64,000 nt of DNA from Patescibacteria group bacterium (GTDB lineage Bacteria > Patescibacteriota > Minisyncoccia > Minisyncoccales > GWA2-38-27). Numbering within the stretch: the stretch's first letter is position 1; each line of letters opens with the position of its first letter. The position numbers were made by a program, and so were the translations under genes. Below are positions 1 to 9,229 of this stretch, one piece after another. The notes under the pieces are model-generated. The model was not told the origin of the DNA. It worked only from the letters and a program-made list of their open reading frames with translations, and ran no database searches. The stretch spans positions 34,087 through 98,086 of the forward strand of contig JAHCRG010000003.1 in assembly GCA_020148045.1 (NCBI GenBank), read 5' to 3'.

Positions 1-148
1 GATTGTGGATCCAACTAAAGTTGTTAGGTCTGCTCTTCAAAATGCTGCTTCAGCAGCTAGTATGTTTTTGACTACTGAATGTGTTGTTGCTGAACGAAAA
101 GAGGAAAAAGGAAAAGAAATGCCTCAAATGCCTGGCATGGGATATTAA
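1..148 (+). CDS. groL: chaperonin GroEL, C-terminal fragment (5' end lies outside the window)
   Basis: Frame 2 translation reads ...[48 protein letters not shown]. This matches the conserved GroEL C-terminus including the Gly/Met-rich tail. Confidence 0.85.
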   Translation, partial: IVDPTKVVRSALQNAASAASMFLTTECVVAERKEEKGKEMPQMPGMGY

Positions 149-173
149 ATTATGTTAGAATAAACAAAAGGGT

Positions 174-1058
174 ATGAAAAACCAAGCTTTAAAAAACTTG
201 TTAGTAGAATATTTAGTTGAGACGACCAAAGAGGTAAAAAAGATAGCTGTCCAAGGAAAGGGCAGGCAGGTTTTGGGTGAGACAATCAACAGGCCAGAGG
301 ACCTGGAAATTGGAATTGATAGAGTAGGAGAAGAAATTTTAGAAAAGCTTTTGAAAAAGCACAGAGTGAAAGCAACTATCTTTTCTGAACCAGAAGACAG
401 AGATATTGAAAACGGAGGAGAAATTTACGGTTCAGTTGATCCCTTTGATGGTTCAATGCTTTATCTTCGGGGCTTTGAACATAATTGGTACACAGCTCTA
501 AGTTTCTTTGATAAAAAAAGAAACCCTTTATGCTGCGGTATAGCTGATATTGTTAATGAGAAATATTACATCACAGAAGAAAATGGAAATTATTTAGTTT
601 CAATGAATAGTGGTAGAAAAAAGAAAATTAAGCCAGCTACCAGAAAAAAAATAACAGAACCTATTGTTTTGTCCAGTTACATAATGAGTTCTCAATATTC
701 TTCAAAGTTTCTTGATATTTTCGGGGACTTAATAAAAAATATGCACCCCAAAGGACTTTTTTATCCTCACGGTGGCTCTTATATTTACAGCTTCCTTGCT
801 TCGGGTTTAATTGACGCTTATATAATGTTTGATGAGCCTCGTTCAGAAATAGATCCCGGTTTTCCAATTGCTAAAAATGCTGGCTGTCGGGTTGTCAGTG
901 TTGATTCTGATGGAAGCTACCAGGATTACCAATTTATTCCTGGGGGACAACATAGCAAGGTAGATTTATTAATTGCTACTTCAACTCCTCAACTTCGTGA
1001 TCAATTAATAAAACATTATGTGAAAAAATATGCAGAAAAATACTCTTTTAAGCCTTAA
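174..1058 (+). CDS. inositol monophosphatase / FBPase family protein
   Basis: Contains a VDPFDGS motif resembling the IMPase metal-binding DPIDGT motif, and the overall size fits the IMPase/FBPase fold. Confidence 0.5.
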   Translation: MKNQALKNLLVEYLVETTKEVKKIAVQGKGRQVLGETINRPEDLEIGIDRVGEEILEKLLKKHRVKATIFSEPEDRDIENGGEIYGSVDPFDGSMLYLRGFEHNWYTALSFFDKKRNPLCCGIADIVNEKYYITEENGNYLVSMNSGRKKKIKPATRKKITEPIVLSSYIMSSQYSSKFLDIFGDLIKNMHPKGLFYPHGGSYIYSFLASGLIDAYIMFDEPRSEIDPGFPIAKNAGCRVVSVDSDGSYQDYQFIPGGQHSKVDLLIATSTPQLRDQLIKHYVKKYAEKYSFKP

Positions 1059-1962
1059 ACCAATAAAGAAATTTATTAAAGGAGTTGGTAAAGATGTAAT
1101 AAAGTATTTTGGTAAAGACAAAGGATGCATAATTGGTTTGGAAGATGACGGTGTTTTTTATGGAGAAGGCCTTTATGAATGGTTATCTCAGAAAAAGAAA
1201 AATGTCACTTTTACTACAATGGATGATTATGGAAAAGGATTGGAACAAGAGAAAGTCAAAGGAAGAAAAGTTTTATTAGTTGACAATGATATCGTTACTG
1301 GCAAGGCCTATAGAATAGTCATGAAGTTTATGAGAGAGAAAAAAGAGAGATTAGAGATAAAGGATATAAAGTTTGCTGTTTTGTGTGACAGAATGAAGGT
1401 GGCTGATTTTTCAGTTGAAGATTATCCCGCCCCAACCTCTTGGAGTTTAAGGGCTTTAGATGAAATTGATCTTGAAGTAATTAGGTCATTATCTGAGGAT
1501 GGAAGAAAAAGCTTTGTGGATATTGCCAAGAAAACAGGATTAACTCCAGTTGGCGTTAAAAATAGGGTTGAGAAGTTAATTAAGCATGATATTTTGAAAA
1601 TCCGAGCATTATTAAATATTGAAAAATTTTATTCTGTCTCAGCCAATATAGGTATTGAAGCACCCCCTGATATTATTTCTAAATTAATAAGAAAATTTGA
1701 AAATTGTCCTTTGGTATATAATTTAGTTAGAGTTTCCTCTGGTCAGCATAATCTAATCATAGGAATTTTAGCTCCTAATCTTAAAAGGATAAATGATTTT
1801 GCTAAGAAACAAATAAGGTCTGAGCCGAAGATAAGAGATATTCATGTTAACTTTGGGGAAATACCATTAATACCTAAAGGACATTTACCACCTAATCTTT
1901 CTGATATATCTAAAAAATGTCTTTGTGAAGAAAAATGCAATGAGTGCGAGCATTTTCTATAG
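1030..1962 (+). CDS. fusion protein: PRTase-like domain + Lrp/AsnC-type HTH regulator + C-terminal Cys cluster
   Basis: The N-terminal half carries a type I phosphoribosyltransferase-like loop (KVLLVDNDIVTGKAYR). The middle carries an AsnC/Lrp HTH (LDEIDLEVIRSLSEDGRKSFVDIAKKTGLTPVGVKNRVEKLIKHDIL). The C-terminus is CLCEEKCNECEH. Confidence 0.5.
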   Translation: MQKNTLLSLKPIKKFIKGVGKDVIKYFGKDKGCIIGLEDDGVFYGEGLYEWLSQKKKNVTFTTMDDYGKGLEQEKVKGRKVLLVDNDIVTGKAYRIVMKFMREKKERLEIKDIKFAVLCDRMKVADFSVEDYPAPTSWSLRALDEIDLEVIRSLSEDGRKSFVDIAKKTGLTPVGVKNRVEKLIKHDILKIRALLNIEKFYSVSANIGIEAPPDIISKLIRKFENCPLVYNLVRVSSGQHNLIIGILAPNLKRINDFAKKQIRSEPKIRDIHVNFGEIPLIPKGHLPPNLSDISKKCLCEEKCNECEHFL

Positions 1963-2007
1963 AAGGTATTAGACAATAGGAATAGGTGAATAGATAAATT
2001 TTATTAA

Positions 2008-2028
2008 ACCCTTAAAGGGTTTTTTGTT
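2008..2028 (+). terminator. intrinsic terminator (AACCCTTTAAGGGTT + T-run)
   Basis: Perfect short hairpin followed by TTTTTTG, downstream of the 1030..1962 CDS. Confidence 0.5.
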
Positions 2029-2057
2029 TGTTCTCTAATTTTCAACAGTTTGCTCTT

Positions 2058-2134
2058 GCCCTCACAACCAAACAGGGACAGGGCGCCGAAGGCGCCCTAA
2101 AAGGGGTAGCCGGTCCTTGTTATGGTGTGAGGGC
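2058..2134. other. GC-rich 77-nt structured palindromic element (candidate small RNA or recombination/MITE-like site)
   Basis: Outer inverted repeat GCCCTCACA(A)CC / GGTGTGAGGGC encloses an inner hairpin AGGGCGCC-GAA-GGCGCCCT. The element is strongly GC-rich against an AT-rich background and lies between a terminator and the greA promoter. Confidence 0.35.
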
Positions 2135-2286
2135 TTGACAAACTATCTTGATCGGATAAAATAATATATACCTGTGGAAAACTTTAAAAAACAAAGTTGA
2201 AAGGTCAAATCACTAAATTTTACTAACTGCTCTTGACAAACTGTTTTGGAAAACTAAAATGAAAGGGGGTTAGCAAAAACAAAAAT

Positions 2287-2757
2287 ATGGTACAAAGAAA
2301 AAAGTTTTATTTAACATCAAAAGGACTTGGGGATATAGAAAAAGAATATAAAGTTTTAAAAAATCTTCGGCTTGCTAAAACCAGAGGGGAAGTTCCAAAA
2401 ATTTGGGAATCTGAAGATTTGAATCCTGAATATCTTTCTTTCCAAGAAGATTTAAGTTTTCTTGAGACAAGAATAGCCGAACTTGAAAATATTTTAAAGA
2501 ATGTAGAATTAATTAAAACTCCTTCCAAGAAAAAGCGAGATGTTATAGAGCTTGGGGCGACAGTGGTAGTAGAAGTAGATAGAGATAAAGATGAATTTAG
2601 AGTTGTAGGAACTCTTGAAGCTAATCCTTCCTTGGGTAAGATTAGTAATGAGTCACCAGTTGGAATGGCTCTTTTAGGCCATAAAGTTGGAGATGAAGTT
2701 ATTATTTCCTCGCCAATAAAAACAGTTTATAAAATTAATAAGATAAAATATAACTGA
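2287..2757 (+). CDS. greA: transcription elongation factor GreA
   Basis: N-terminal coiled-coil and C-terminal FKBP-like domain (…GATVVVEVDRDKDEFRVVG…EVIISSPIKTVYKI); size 156 aa. Confidence 0.8.
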   Translation: MVQRKKFYLTSKGLGDIEKEYKVLKNLRLAKTRGEVPKIWESEDLNPEYLSFQEDLSFLETRIAELENILKNVELIKTPSKKKRDVIELGATVVVEVDRDKDEFRVVGTLEANPSLGKISNESPVGMALLGHKVGDEVIISSPIKTVYKINKIKYN

Positions 2758-2897
2758 TTTATTATAATTAACAAAAAAGAGTTGAGTTTTCTTAGCTCTT
2801 TTTTAATGTTATAATTACAAGTGAGGGAAGAAAAGAAAAATTTATTTTTCTTTTTTGACCGAACGACGCAATTCCAAGCTTTGCTTATAATAATTAT

Positions 2898-3554
2898 ATG
2901 ATTGACTTTGTTAATTTTTTACATGAAGTAGGAAAACTAAGAAGAATACCAAGAAGAGGTTGGGTTTTAATTGGGGTGAAGAAGGATCCTGCCAGTGTTA
3001 CTGATCATAGTTTTCGATTGGCAATTATGGCCTGGATTTTGGGAAAGAAAAAAAGATTAAATCTTGAAAGAGCTATTAAGATGGCCTTAATTCATGATCT
3101 TTGCGAGCTATATGCTGGAGATATAACTCCTTATGATCACAAGTCATTACCTAAAAATAAAAAAGAATGGCCTAAATTGTTTGACTCTTGGCCAAGATTT
3201 ACAAAGTCTAAAAAACTTAAAAATTTTCTTAAAAAACATAAAAAAGAGAAAATCGCTTTAACAAAAATTACTTCAGGATTGCCTTTAGAATTAAAAAAAG
3301 AGATTTTAAATCTTTGGTATGATTATGAAAAAGGATCCACAAAAGAGGCGCGATTCGTTAGGCAGGTAAATAGATTAGAAACTCTTTTGCAGGCGTTTGA
3401 ATATAGTAAAGAAACTAAAAAACGCCCTTTTCATTCTTGGTGGGTTGGGACAGAAGAACAAATAGACGACCCCTTTTTAGTAAAGTTTATGGAAAAGATA
3501 GCTGAAAAGTTTTATCGTAGACCGAGAAAGAAAACTAAAAAGACAAGAAAATGA
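2898..3554 (+). CDS. HD-domain 5'-deoxynucleotidase (YfbR-like)
   Basis: HSFRLAIMAW…LIHDLCELYAGDITP matches the YfbR HD hydrolase motifs. Confidence 0.7.
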   Translation: MIDFVNFLHEVGKLRRIPRRGWVLIGVKKDPASVTDHSFRLAIMAWILGKKKRLNLERAIKMALIHDLCELYAGDITPYDHKSLPKNKKEWPKLFDSWPRFTKSKKLKNFLKKHKKEKIALTKITSGLPLELKKEILNLWYDYEKGSTKEARFVRQVNRLETLLQAFEYSKETKKRPFHSWWVGTEEQIDDPFLVKFMEKIAEKFYRRPRKKTKKTRK

Positions 3555-4297
3555 ACAAAGGTAAAATATATATCGGTACTTCTGGGTGGGTTTATCGCCA
3601 CTGGGAAAATATTTTCTATCCAGAAAGCCTGTCTTCAAAAGATAAACTAAAATACTTTTCTCAACATCTTAAAACAACTGAAGTAAACTATTCTTTTTAT
3701 CGTCTGCCAAGACCGAGTACTTATCAAAATTGGTACTCCCAAACGCCGGGAGATTTTTTATTTACTGTAAAGGCAAGTCGTTTCATTACCCATATTAAGA
3801 GATTGAAAGATGTTAAGGAGCCCTGGAAAATATTTATTAAAAATGCTCTGAATCTTAAAGAAAAGCTCGGCCCAATTTTATTTCAATTCCCTCCTTCTTT
3901 TAAAGCAACTGAAGAAAATATAAAAAGATTAGAAGAATTTTTAAAGTTTATTCGCAAAAATAACAAAAAATTACGATTTGCTTTTGAGTTTCGTCATAAA
4001 ACCTGGTGCGAAGAGAAAATTTACAAACTTTTAAAAAAACATAGAGTTGCTTGGGTAATTGCTGATTCTCCTTCTTTCCCCAGAGCTGAAAAAATAACTG
4101 CTGATTTTGTCTATATCAGAATGCACGGGTCTAAAGTTTTATTCTCTTCAAAATATACAAAAAAGGAATTAAAGGATTTAGCTGAAAAAATCAAAAAGTG
4201 GAAGAGAAATAAAGATGTCTTTGTCTATTTCAACAACGATGCCCACGGCCACGCAATTGAGAATGCCAAAACCTTAAGAGGATTTTTAGGTAAATAG
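3551..4297 (+). CDS. DUF72 (YecE-like) family protein
   Basis: N-terminal IYIGTSGWVYRHWENIFYP is the DUF72 signature. Confidence 0.7.
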   Translation: MNKGKIYIGTSGWVYRHWENIFYPESLSSKDKLKYFSQHLKTTEVNYSFYRLPRPSTYQNWYSQTPGDFLFTVKASRFITHIKRLKDVKEPWKIFIKNALNLKEKLGPILFQFPPSFKATEENIKRLEEFLKFIRKNNKKLRFAFEFRHKTWCEEKIYKLLKKHRVAWVIADSPSFPRAEKITADFVYIRMHGSKVLFSSKYTKKELKDLAEKIKKWKRNKDVFVYFNNDAHGHAIENAKTLRGFLGK

Positions 4298-4319
4298 AAT
4301 TTGAAGTATAATATATACA

Positions 4320-5321
4320 ATGAAAAAGGTTTTGGTTTTTTTGTTTTCTTTTGTAATCGGGTTGGGTCTTTTTTTCTTAGTTATTGAGCGGGTTGGGTGG
4401 GAAGAGATAAAAGAAATTCTTTTCACTTTTTCTGGCTGGAAGGGAATAGCTATTTTAGGAATAACATTGCTAATTTGGTTAGTTGGAATTTGGAAATATA
4501 AATTTATTTTTAAATCTCAGGGATATAATTTTTCAGCTTGGAGTTTAGGAGAAATTTTATTTGCTAGCTTCACTATTACTTATTTATTTCCAACCACTTA
4601 CTTTGGAGGAGAGGTCTTTAAATTTTACGCTATTAAGAAAAAATTTTCTCTACCCTGGAAGAAAAATCTGGCTGCAATTGCTATTGAAAAATTAGTTAGC
4701 TTAAGTATTCTTTTATTATTTTTAGTTGTTGGAGCAGTGTCTTTTCTTTTATTAAGTAACTCGCTCTTAAAAAATTTCGGGATAATAACTTTAGTTCTTA
4801 TCGGAGCTTTAGCTATCGGAGTGACTATTTTTTATTTCAAAAGTTTTAAAAAAGAAAGCATTTTAAAATGGTTTTTTAGATTTTTTGGAATAGAAAACAA
4901 AAAGAACCATTTAGTTGGAGATATTGAAAAAGAAATCTTTCTTTTTTTCGATTTTAGAAAAATTCTAATGTGGAAAGGTTTGGGAATTGCTTTTTTAAGA
5001 TATCTTTTGGTTCTAATTCGCTGTTGGTTCCTGCTTTTCTTTTTAAAAGGAGAAATAAATATTTTTATTTCCTTGGCAATATTTTCTTTCTTCTATTTAT
5101 CTTATCTCTTTCCTTTCCCAGCCCGACTAGGAAGTTCAGAGGCAGCTCAGGTTTTTGCTTTTGGTTGTTTAGGATTGGGAACAGCTACTGGGATTACTTT
5201 TAGTTTTATTTTAAGGGGGGCAGAAATTTTAATTGCCCTTTTAGGACTTATATTTTTAGTAAAACTGGGAATAAAATTTTTCCTCAAGAGCAAGTTAAAA
5301 AAGTTGCCCCATAACCTTTAA
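4320..5321 (+). CDS. polytopic membrane protein (flippase-like / UPF0104-type)
   Basis: Eight or more hydrophobic segments and a KK-rich N-terminus; no soluble domain. Confidence 0.35.
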   Translation: MKKVLVFLFSFVIGLGLFFLVIERVGWEEIKEILFTFSGWKGIAILGITLLIWLVGIWKYKFIFKSQGYNFSAWSLGEILFASFTITYLFPTTYFGGEVFKFYAIKKKFSLPWKKNLAAIAIEKLVSLSILLLFLVVGAVSFLLLSNSLLKNFGIITLVLIGALAIGVTIFYFKSFKKESILKWFFRFFGIENKKNHLVGDIEKEIFLFFDFRKILMWKGLGIAFLRYLLVLIRCWFLLFFLKGEINIFISLAIFSFFYLSYLFPFPARLGSSEAAQVFAFGCLGLGTATGITFSFILRGAEILIALLGLIFLVKLGIKFFLKSKLKKLPHNL

Positions 5322-5338
5322 CGGGGTAGAATGAGATA

Positions 5339-5743
5339 ATGAGATTTTCTCTAAAAACAAAAGGATTTAATGATATTATTGATATTACAGACGAGATTTC
5401 AGGGGCAGTAGAGAAAGCAGGAAAAGAAGAGGGGATATGTTTGATATCTTGTCCTGGTTCAACCTGCGGGATTACTACAATTGAATATGAAAAGGGAGTG
5501 ATTGAAGATTTGAAAAGGGCTTTAGAAAAAATAGCTCCAATGAATAAAGATTACGAGCATTGTAAAAAATGGGGTGATTGTAATGGTTACGCCCATATCA
5601 GGTCAGCCTTAATTCAACCATTTTTAGCAGTGCCAGTTGAAGATGAAAAATTAGCTTTGGGCACGTGGCAACAAATTATTTTCTTGGATTTTGACAATAG
5701 ACCGAGAGAAAGAGAGGTAATTGTTAAAGTGATTGGTAATTAG
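5339..5743 (+). CDS. YjbQ/UPF0047 family (secondary thiamine-phosphate synthase-like)
   Basis: ICLISCPGSTCGITTIEYE…GTWQQIIFLDFD…REVIVKVIG is the conserved UPF0047 pattern. Confidence 0.7.
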   Translation: MRFSLKTKGFNDIIDITDEISGAVEKAGKEEGICLISCPGSTCGITTIEYEKGVIEDLKRALEKIAPMNKDYEHCKKWGDCNGYAHIRSALIQPFLAVPVEDEKLALGTWQQIIFLDFDNRPREREVIVKVIGN

Positions 5744-5748
5744 TAAAT

Positions 5749-6384
5749 ATGCTTAAGTCTATCAACAAAGTTATAAAAGTTTTGATACTCGGTGATTTCT
5801 TTATGAATTCTGCCTGGGGTTTGTTTGCTCCTGTTTTCGCTTTATTTATTGCCCAGAATATTACCATCGGAAGTACGGCAGAAGCAGCTGAAGTTGCGGG
5901 TCTTGCCACTCTTTTCTATTGGGGTACAAGATCTCTTTTACAAATTCCAATTGGCCGGTATCTTGATAAGAATCATGGAGAGAAAGATGATTTCTGGTTT
6001 ATGGTTATAGGAATATTTTTAACTGCTTTGCCTCCATTTGGCTTTCTTATTTCTTTTTTACCTTGGCATATTTATGGTTTTCAAGTATTACATGCAATCG
6101 GTATGGCAATGTTTGTTCCCTCTATTTTAGCTATTTTTACTCGCCATATTGATAGAGGCAAAGAGGCTTTTGAATGGGGAGTGAAAAGTACTTCTCTTGG
6201 TTTTGGTATAGGAGTTACCGGAGCTATTGGCGGAGCTATAGCTGCTTTTCTTGGTTTTAAGCCCCTTTTTATTTTAGCCGGAGCTATAAATATGATAGCT
6301 GTTTTTATCTTTTTATTTATTCGCAAAAGAATATTTTCTAAAGACCACGTTGTGTATAAAATTCCTTCTCCAGAATCTTTTTAG
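5749..6384 (+). CDS. 6-TM half-size MFS-like transporter, paralog A
   Basis: Six TM segments and an MFS motif-A-like loop IGRYLDKNHGEKDD; tandem paralog of the next gene. Confidence 0.45.
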   Translation: MLKSINKVIKVLILGDFFMNSAWGLFAPVFALFIAQNITIGSTAEAAEVAGLATLFYWGTRSLLQIPIGRYLDKNHGEKDDFWFMVIGIFLTALPPFGFLISFLPWHIYGFQVLHAIGMAMFVPSILAIFTRHIDRGKEAFEWGVKSTSLGFGIGVTGAIGGAIAAFLGFKPLFILAGAINMIAVFIFLFIRKRIFSKDHVVYKIPSPESF

Positions 6385-6409
6385 AAATTAAGATTTATCA
6401 ATTAAATCT

Positions 6410-7030
6410 ATGTTTAAAACTCTTAACAAAGTTGTAAAAGTAATGGTTTTTTCTGATTTGGTTTTGAATTCTGGCTGGGGCTTGGTTGGCCCAATTTTAG
6501 CTATTTATATTGTAGGAAGCATTCAGGGAGGAAACGTTAAAGTGGCTGGAATTGCTATGGGAGTTTACTGGTTGGGCAAATCAATTCTCCAAATACCATT
6601 TTCTCATTATTTAGACGAGAATCATGGAGAGAAAGACGATTATTATGCCTTATTTGGAGGAACTCTTCTGGCTAGCCTTACTCCGATTGGCTTTATTTTT
6701 GCCACATTGCCCTGGCATATATATGTTCTCCAAGGAGTCCATGCCGTAGGTATGGCTCTGGCTATTCCTTCTTGGTCAGCTATTTTCACTCGCCATATTG
6801 AGAAAAAAAGAGAGGCCTTTTGCTGGGGCTTAGACAGTTCTGCTATTGGGCTTGGAGCGGGAGTAGCTGCAATTTTAGGAGGAGCAATAGCTGAGATTTT
6901 CGGATTTATTCCTCTTTTTATTGGGGTGAGCGCTTTTGGAATAGTAGCTTCCTTTTTGTTTTTACTAATTAGAAAAGAAATTTTGCCGAAAGTGCCAGAA
7001 GAAAGAGTATTCCCAATGCCAAAACCATGA
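6410..7030 (+). CDS. 6-TM half-size MFS-like transporter, paralog B
   Basis: About 45% identical to the preceding ORF, with the same loop motif (HYLDENHGEKDD). Confidence 0.45.
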   Translation: MFKTLNKVVKVMVFSDLVLNSGWGLVGPILAIYIVGSIQGGNVKVAGIAMGVYWLGKSILQIPFSHYLDENHGEKDDYYALFGGTLLASLTPIGFIFATLPWHIYVLQGVHAVGMALAIPSWSAIFTRHIEKKREAFCWGLDSSAIGLGAGVAAILGGAIAEIFGFIPLFIGVSAFGIVASFLFLLIRKEILPKVPEERVFPMPKP

Positions 7031-8769
7031 GAAATCAGGAGTTAGCTAAAATTTTTTATGACATTGCTAATTATCTTGAGATGGAAGAGGTTGCTTTTAA
7101 ACCCTATGCTTATCAAAAAGTAGCTATTACTTTAGAATCATTGGAAGAAGACGTTGAAGAAATTTATAAAAAAGGAGGGTTAAAGGGGCTTGAAGAGATT
7201 CCTGGGGTAGGAAAAAACATTGCTCTGAAAATTGAAGAATATCTTAAAACCGGAAGAATTAAATTTTACGAGAAATTAAAAAAGAAAACTCCGATAAATT
7301 TAGAAGAAATGATTACTGTGGAAGGAATGGGGCCTAGAAAAGTAAAGATTCTTTATCAGAAATTGGGAATTAAGAATTTAAAGGATTTAGAAAAAGCAGC
7401 TAAGTCACATAAAATTGCTCCTTTGTTTGGCTTTGGAGAAAAAACAGAAAAGAATATTTTAGAGGGAATTGCTTTTTTGAAAAAGAGTAAAGGAAGATTT
7501 CTTTTGGGAGACATAATGCCGGTTGTCAAAGAGGTTTCAGAAGAGTTAAAAGGTTTAAAAGAAGTTAAAGAAATAAGTGTGGCAGGTTCAGTTAGAAGGA
7601 TGAAAGAGACAATTGGTGACGTTGATTTTTTAATAATTTCAAAAAATCCAAAGAAAGTGATGGATTTTTTTGTTTCTTTACCAGATGTAATTAAAATCTG
7701 GAGTAAAGGGCCGACAAAGTCTTCTGTCAGGATGAAAAATGGCTTTGATATGGATTTAAGAGTAGTTCCTGCTAAAAGTTATGGTTCAGCTCTTCAATAT
7801 TTTACTGGCTCAAAAGAACATAATATTGCTACTCGGCGGATTGCTATAGCTAAAGGTTTGAAGTTGAATGAATATGGAGTTTTCAAGGGCTCTAAAATGA
7901 TAGCTGGCAGGACTGAAAAAGAAGTTTATAAGACAATTGGTCTTCCCTTGATGCCTCCTGAAATGAGAGAAAACGAGGGAGAAATTGAAGCAGCCCTTCG
8001 GCAAGCTCGGGGCAGGCCCAACGGGTTACCAAAAATTATTGGCTACGATGACATTCGGGGAGATTTACATTGTCATTCAGATTGGGATGGTGGAACAAAT
8101 TCAATTAAAGAGATGGCCGAAGCTGCAATTGTTCAGGGATATGAATATTTGGGCATTGCAGACCATACTAAGTTTTTGAGGATAGAGCATGGATTAAATG
8201 AGAGGCAACTATCTCAACAAAGAAAAGAAATTGAAAAATTAAATTCAAAATTCAAAATTCAAAATTCAAAATTTAGAGTATTACAGGGCTGCGAAGCAAA
8301 CATTATGAATGACGGTTCTATTGATATTAAAGATGAAGCTCTTAAAAAATTAGATTATGTTATTGCTGGAGTTCATTCAAGTATGAAAATGGAAAAAGAA
8401 AAAATGACAGAAAGAATAATCAAAGCAATGAAAAATCCTAATGTTGATATTATCTCCCACCCAACAGGAAGAATAATTAAGCGCCGGGATGAGTATCAGG
8501 TTGATTTTGAAAAGATTTTAAGAGCGGCCAGGGAACTAGGAACAATCTTAGAAATAAACTCTTCTCCAGACAGATTAGATTTAAAAGATGTGTATATTAG
8601 GAGAGTAAAAGAAGTAGGGGTAAAAATGGTAATTAATACTGATTCTCATCATAGAGATCAGTTGAGATTTATTAGATTTGGAATTGCCCAAGCTCGGCGC
8701 GGCTGGGCAGAGAAAAAAGATATCATCAACACCCAGTCATTAAGTGAGCTTTTAAAATTTTTTAGATAA
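7027..8769 (+). CDS. polX: DNA polymerase X family with C-terminal PHP phosphoesterase domain
   Basis: N-terminal PolX HhH region (IPGVGKNIALKIEEYL) and nucleotidyltransferase (GSVRRMKETIGDVDFLI); C-terminal PHP (HCHSDWDGG…IADHT). Confidence 0.8.
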   Translation: MRNQELAKIFYDIANYLEMEEVAFKPYAYQKVAITLESLEEDVEEIYKKGGLKGLEEIPGVGKNIALKIEEYLKTGRIKFYEKLKKKTPINLEEMITVEGMGPRKVKILYQKLGIKNLKDLEKAAKSHKIAPLFGFGEKTEKNILEGIAFLKKSKGRFLLGDIMPVVKEVSEELKGLKEVKEISVAGSVRRMKETIGDVDFLIISKNPKKVMDFFVSLPDVIKIWSKGPTKSSVRMKNGFDMDLRVVPAKSYGSALQYFTGSKEHNIATRRIAIAKGLKLNEYGVFKGSKMIAGRTEKEVYKTIGLPLMPPEMRENEGEIEAALRQARGRPNGLPKIIGYDDIRGDLHCHSDWDGGTNSIKEMAEAAIVQGYEYLGIADHTKFLRIEHGLNERQLSQQRKEIEKLNSKFKIQNSKFRVLQGCEANIMNDGSIDIKDEALKKLDYVIAGVHSSMKMEKEKMTERIIKAMKNPNVDIISHPTGRIIKRRDEYQVDFEKILRAARELGTILEINSSPDRLDLKDVYIRRVKEVGVKMVINTDSHHRDQLRFIRFGIAQARRGWAEKKDIINTQSLSELLKFFR

Positions 8770-8773
8770 AAAT

Positions 8774-9229
8774 ATGCCAAAGGAAACATCAGCTGGAGCT
8801 GTAATTTTTAGAAAAGAGGATAGTAATATTTACTATCTCCTTTTGCATTACAAATCAGGCCATTGGGATTTTCCTAAGGGAAATATTGAAAAAGGGGAGA
8901 AAGAAGGAGAGACGGTAAAGAGAGAAGTAGCGGAAGAAACAGGAATTGAGGATATTAAGATAGTTGAAGGTTTTAAAGAATGGATAAAATATTTTTATCG
9001 CAAAACCTATGGTTTAAATGAAAATGAGAAGAAAAAAGTTCCCTGGACTTTCAAAATAGTTACTTTTTATTTAGCTGAGACCAGGACTAAAGAAGTGAAA
9101 ATTTCTTTTGAACATATAGGATATGAATGGTTAATATATAAAGAGGCGATTGAAAGAGTAACATATAAGAATGCTAAGGAGGTTTTAAAGAAAGCAAATG
9201 AATACCTTATTTCAAAGAAAAGTATATAA
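8774..9229 (+). CDS. NUDIX hydrolase
   Basis: Nudix box GNIEKGEKEGETVKREVAEETGI (G-x5-E-x7-REUxEExGU). Confidence 0.8.
   Translation: MPKETSAGAVIFRKEDSNIYYLLLHYKSGHWDFPKGNIEKGEKEGETVKREVAEETGIEDIKIVEGFKEWIKYFYRKTYGLNENEKKKVPWTFKIVTFYLAETRTKEVKISFEHIGYEWLIYKEAIERVTYKNAKEVLKKANEYLISKKSI

Noticed and set aside
2058-2134. tRNA gene (77 nt with 7-bp terminal stem)
   Set aside because: No D-loop GG, no T-loop TTCRA, and no anticodon arm geometry.
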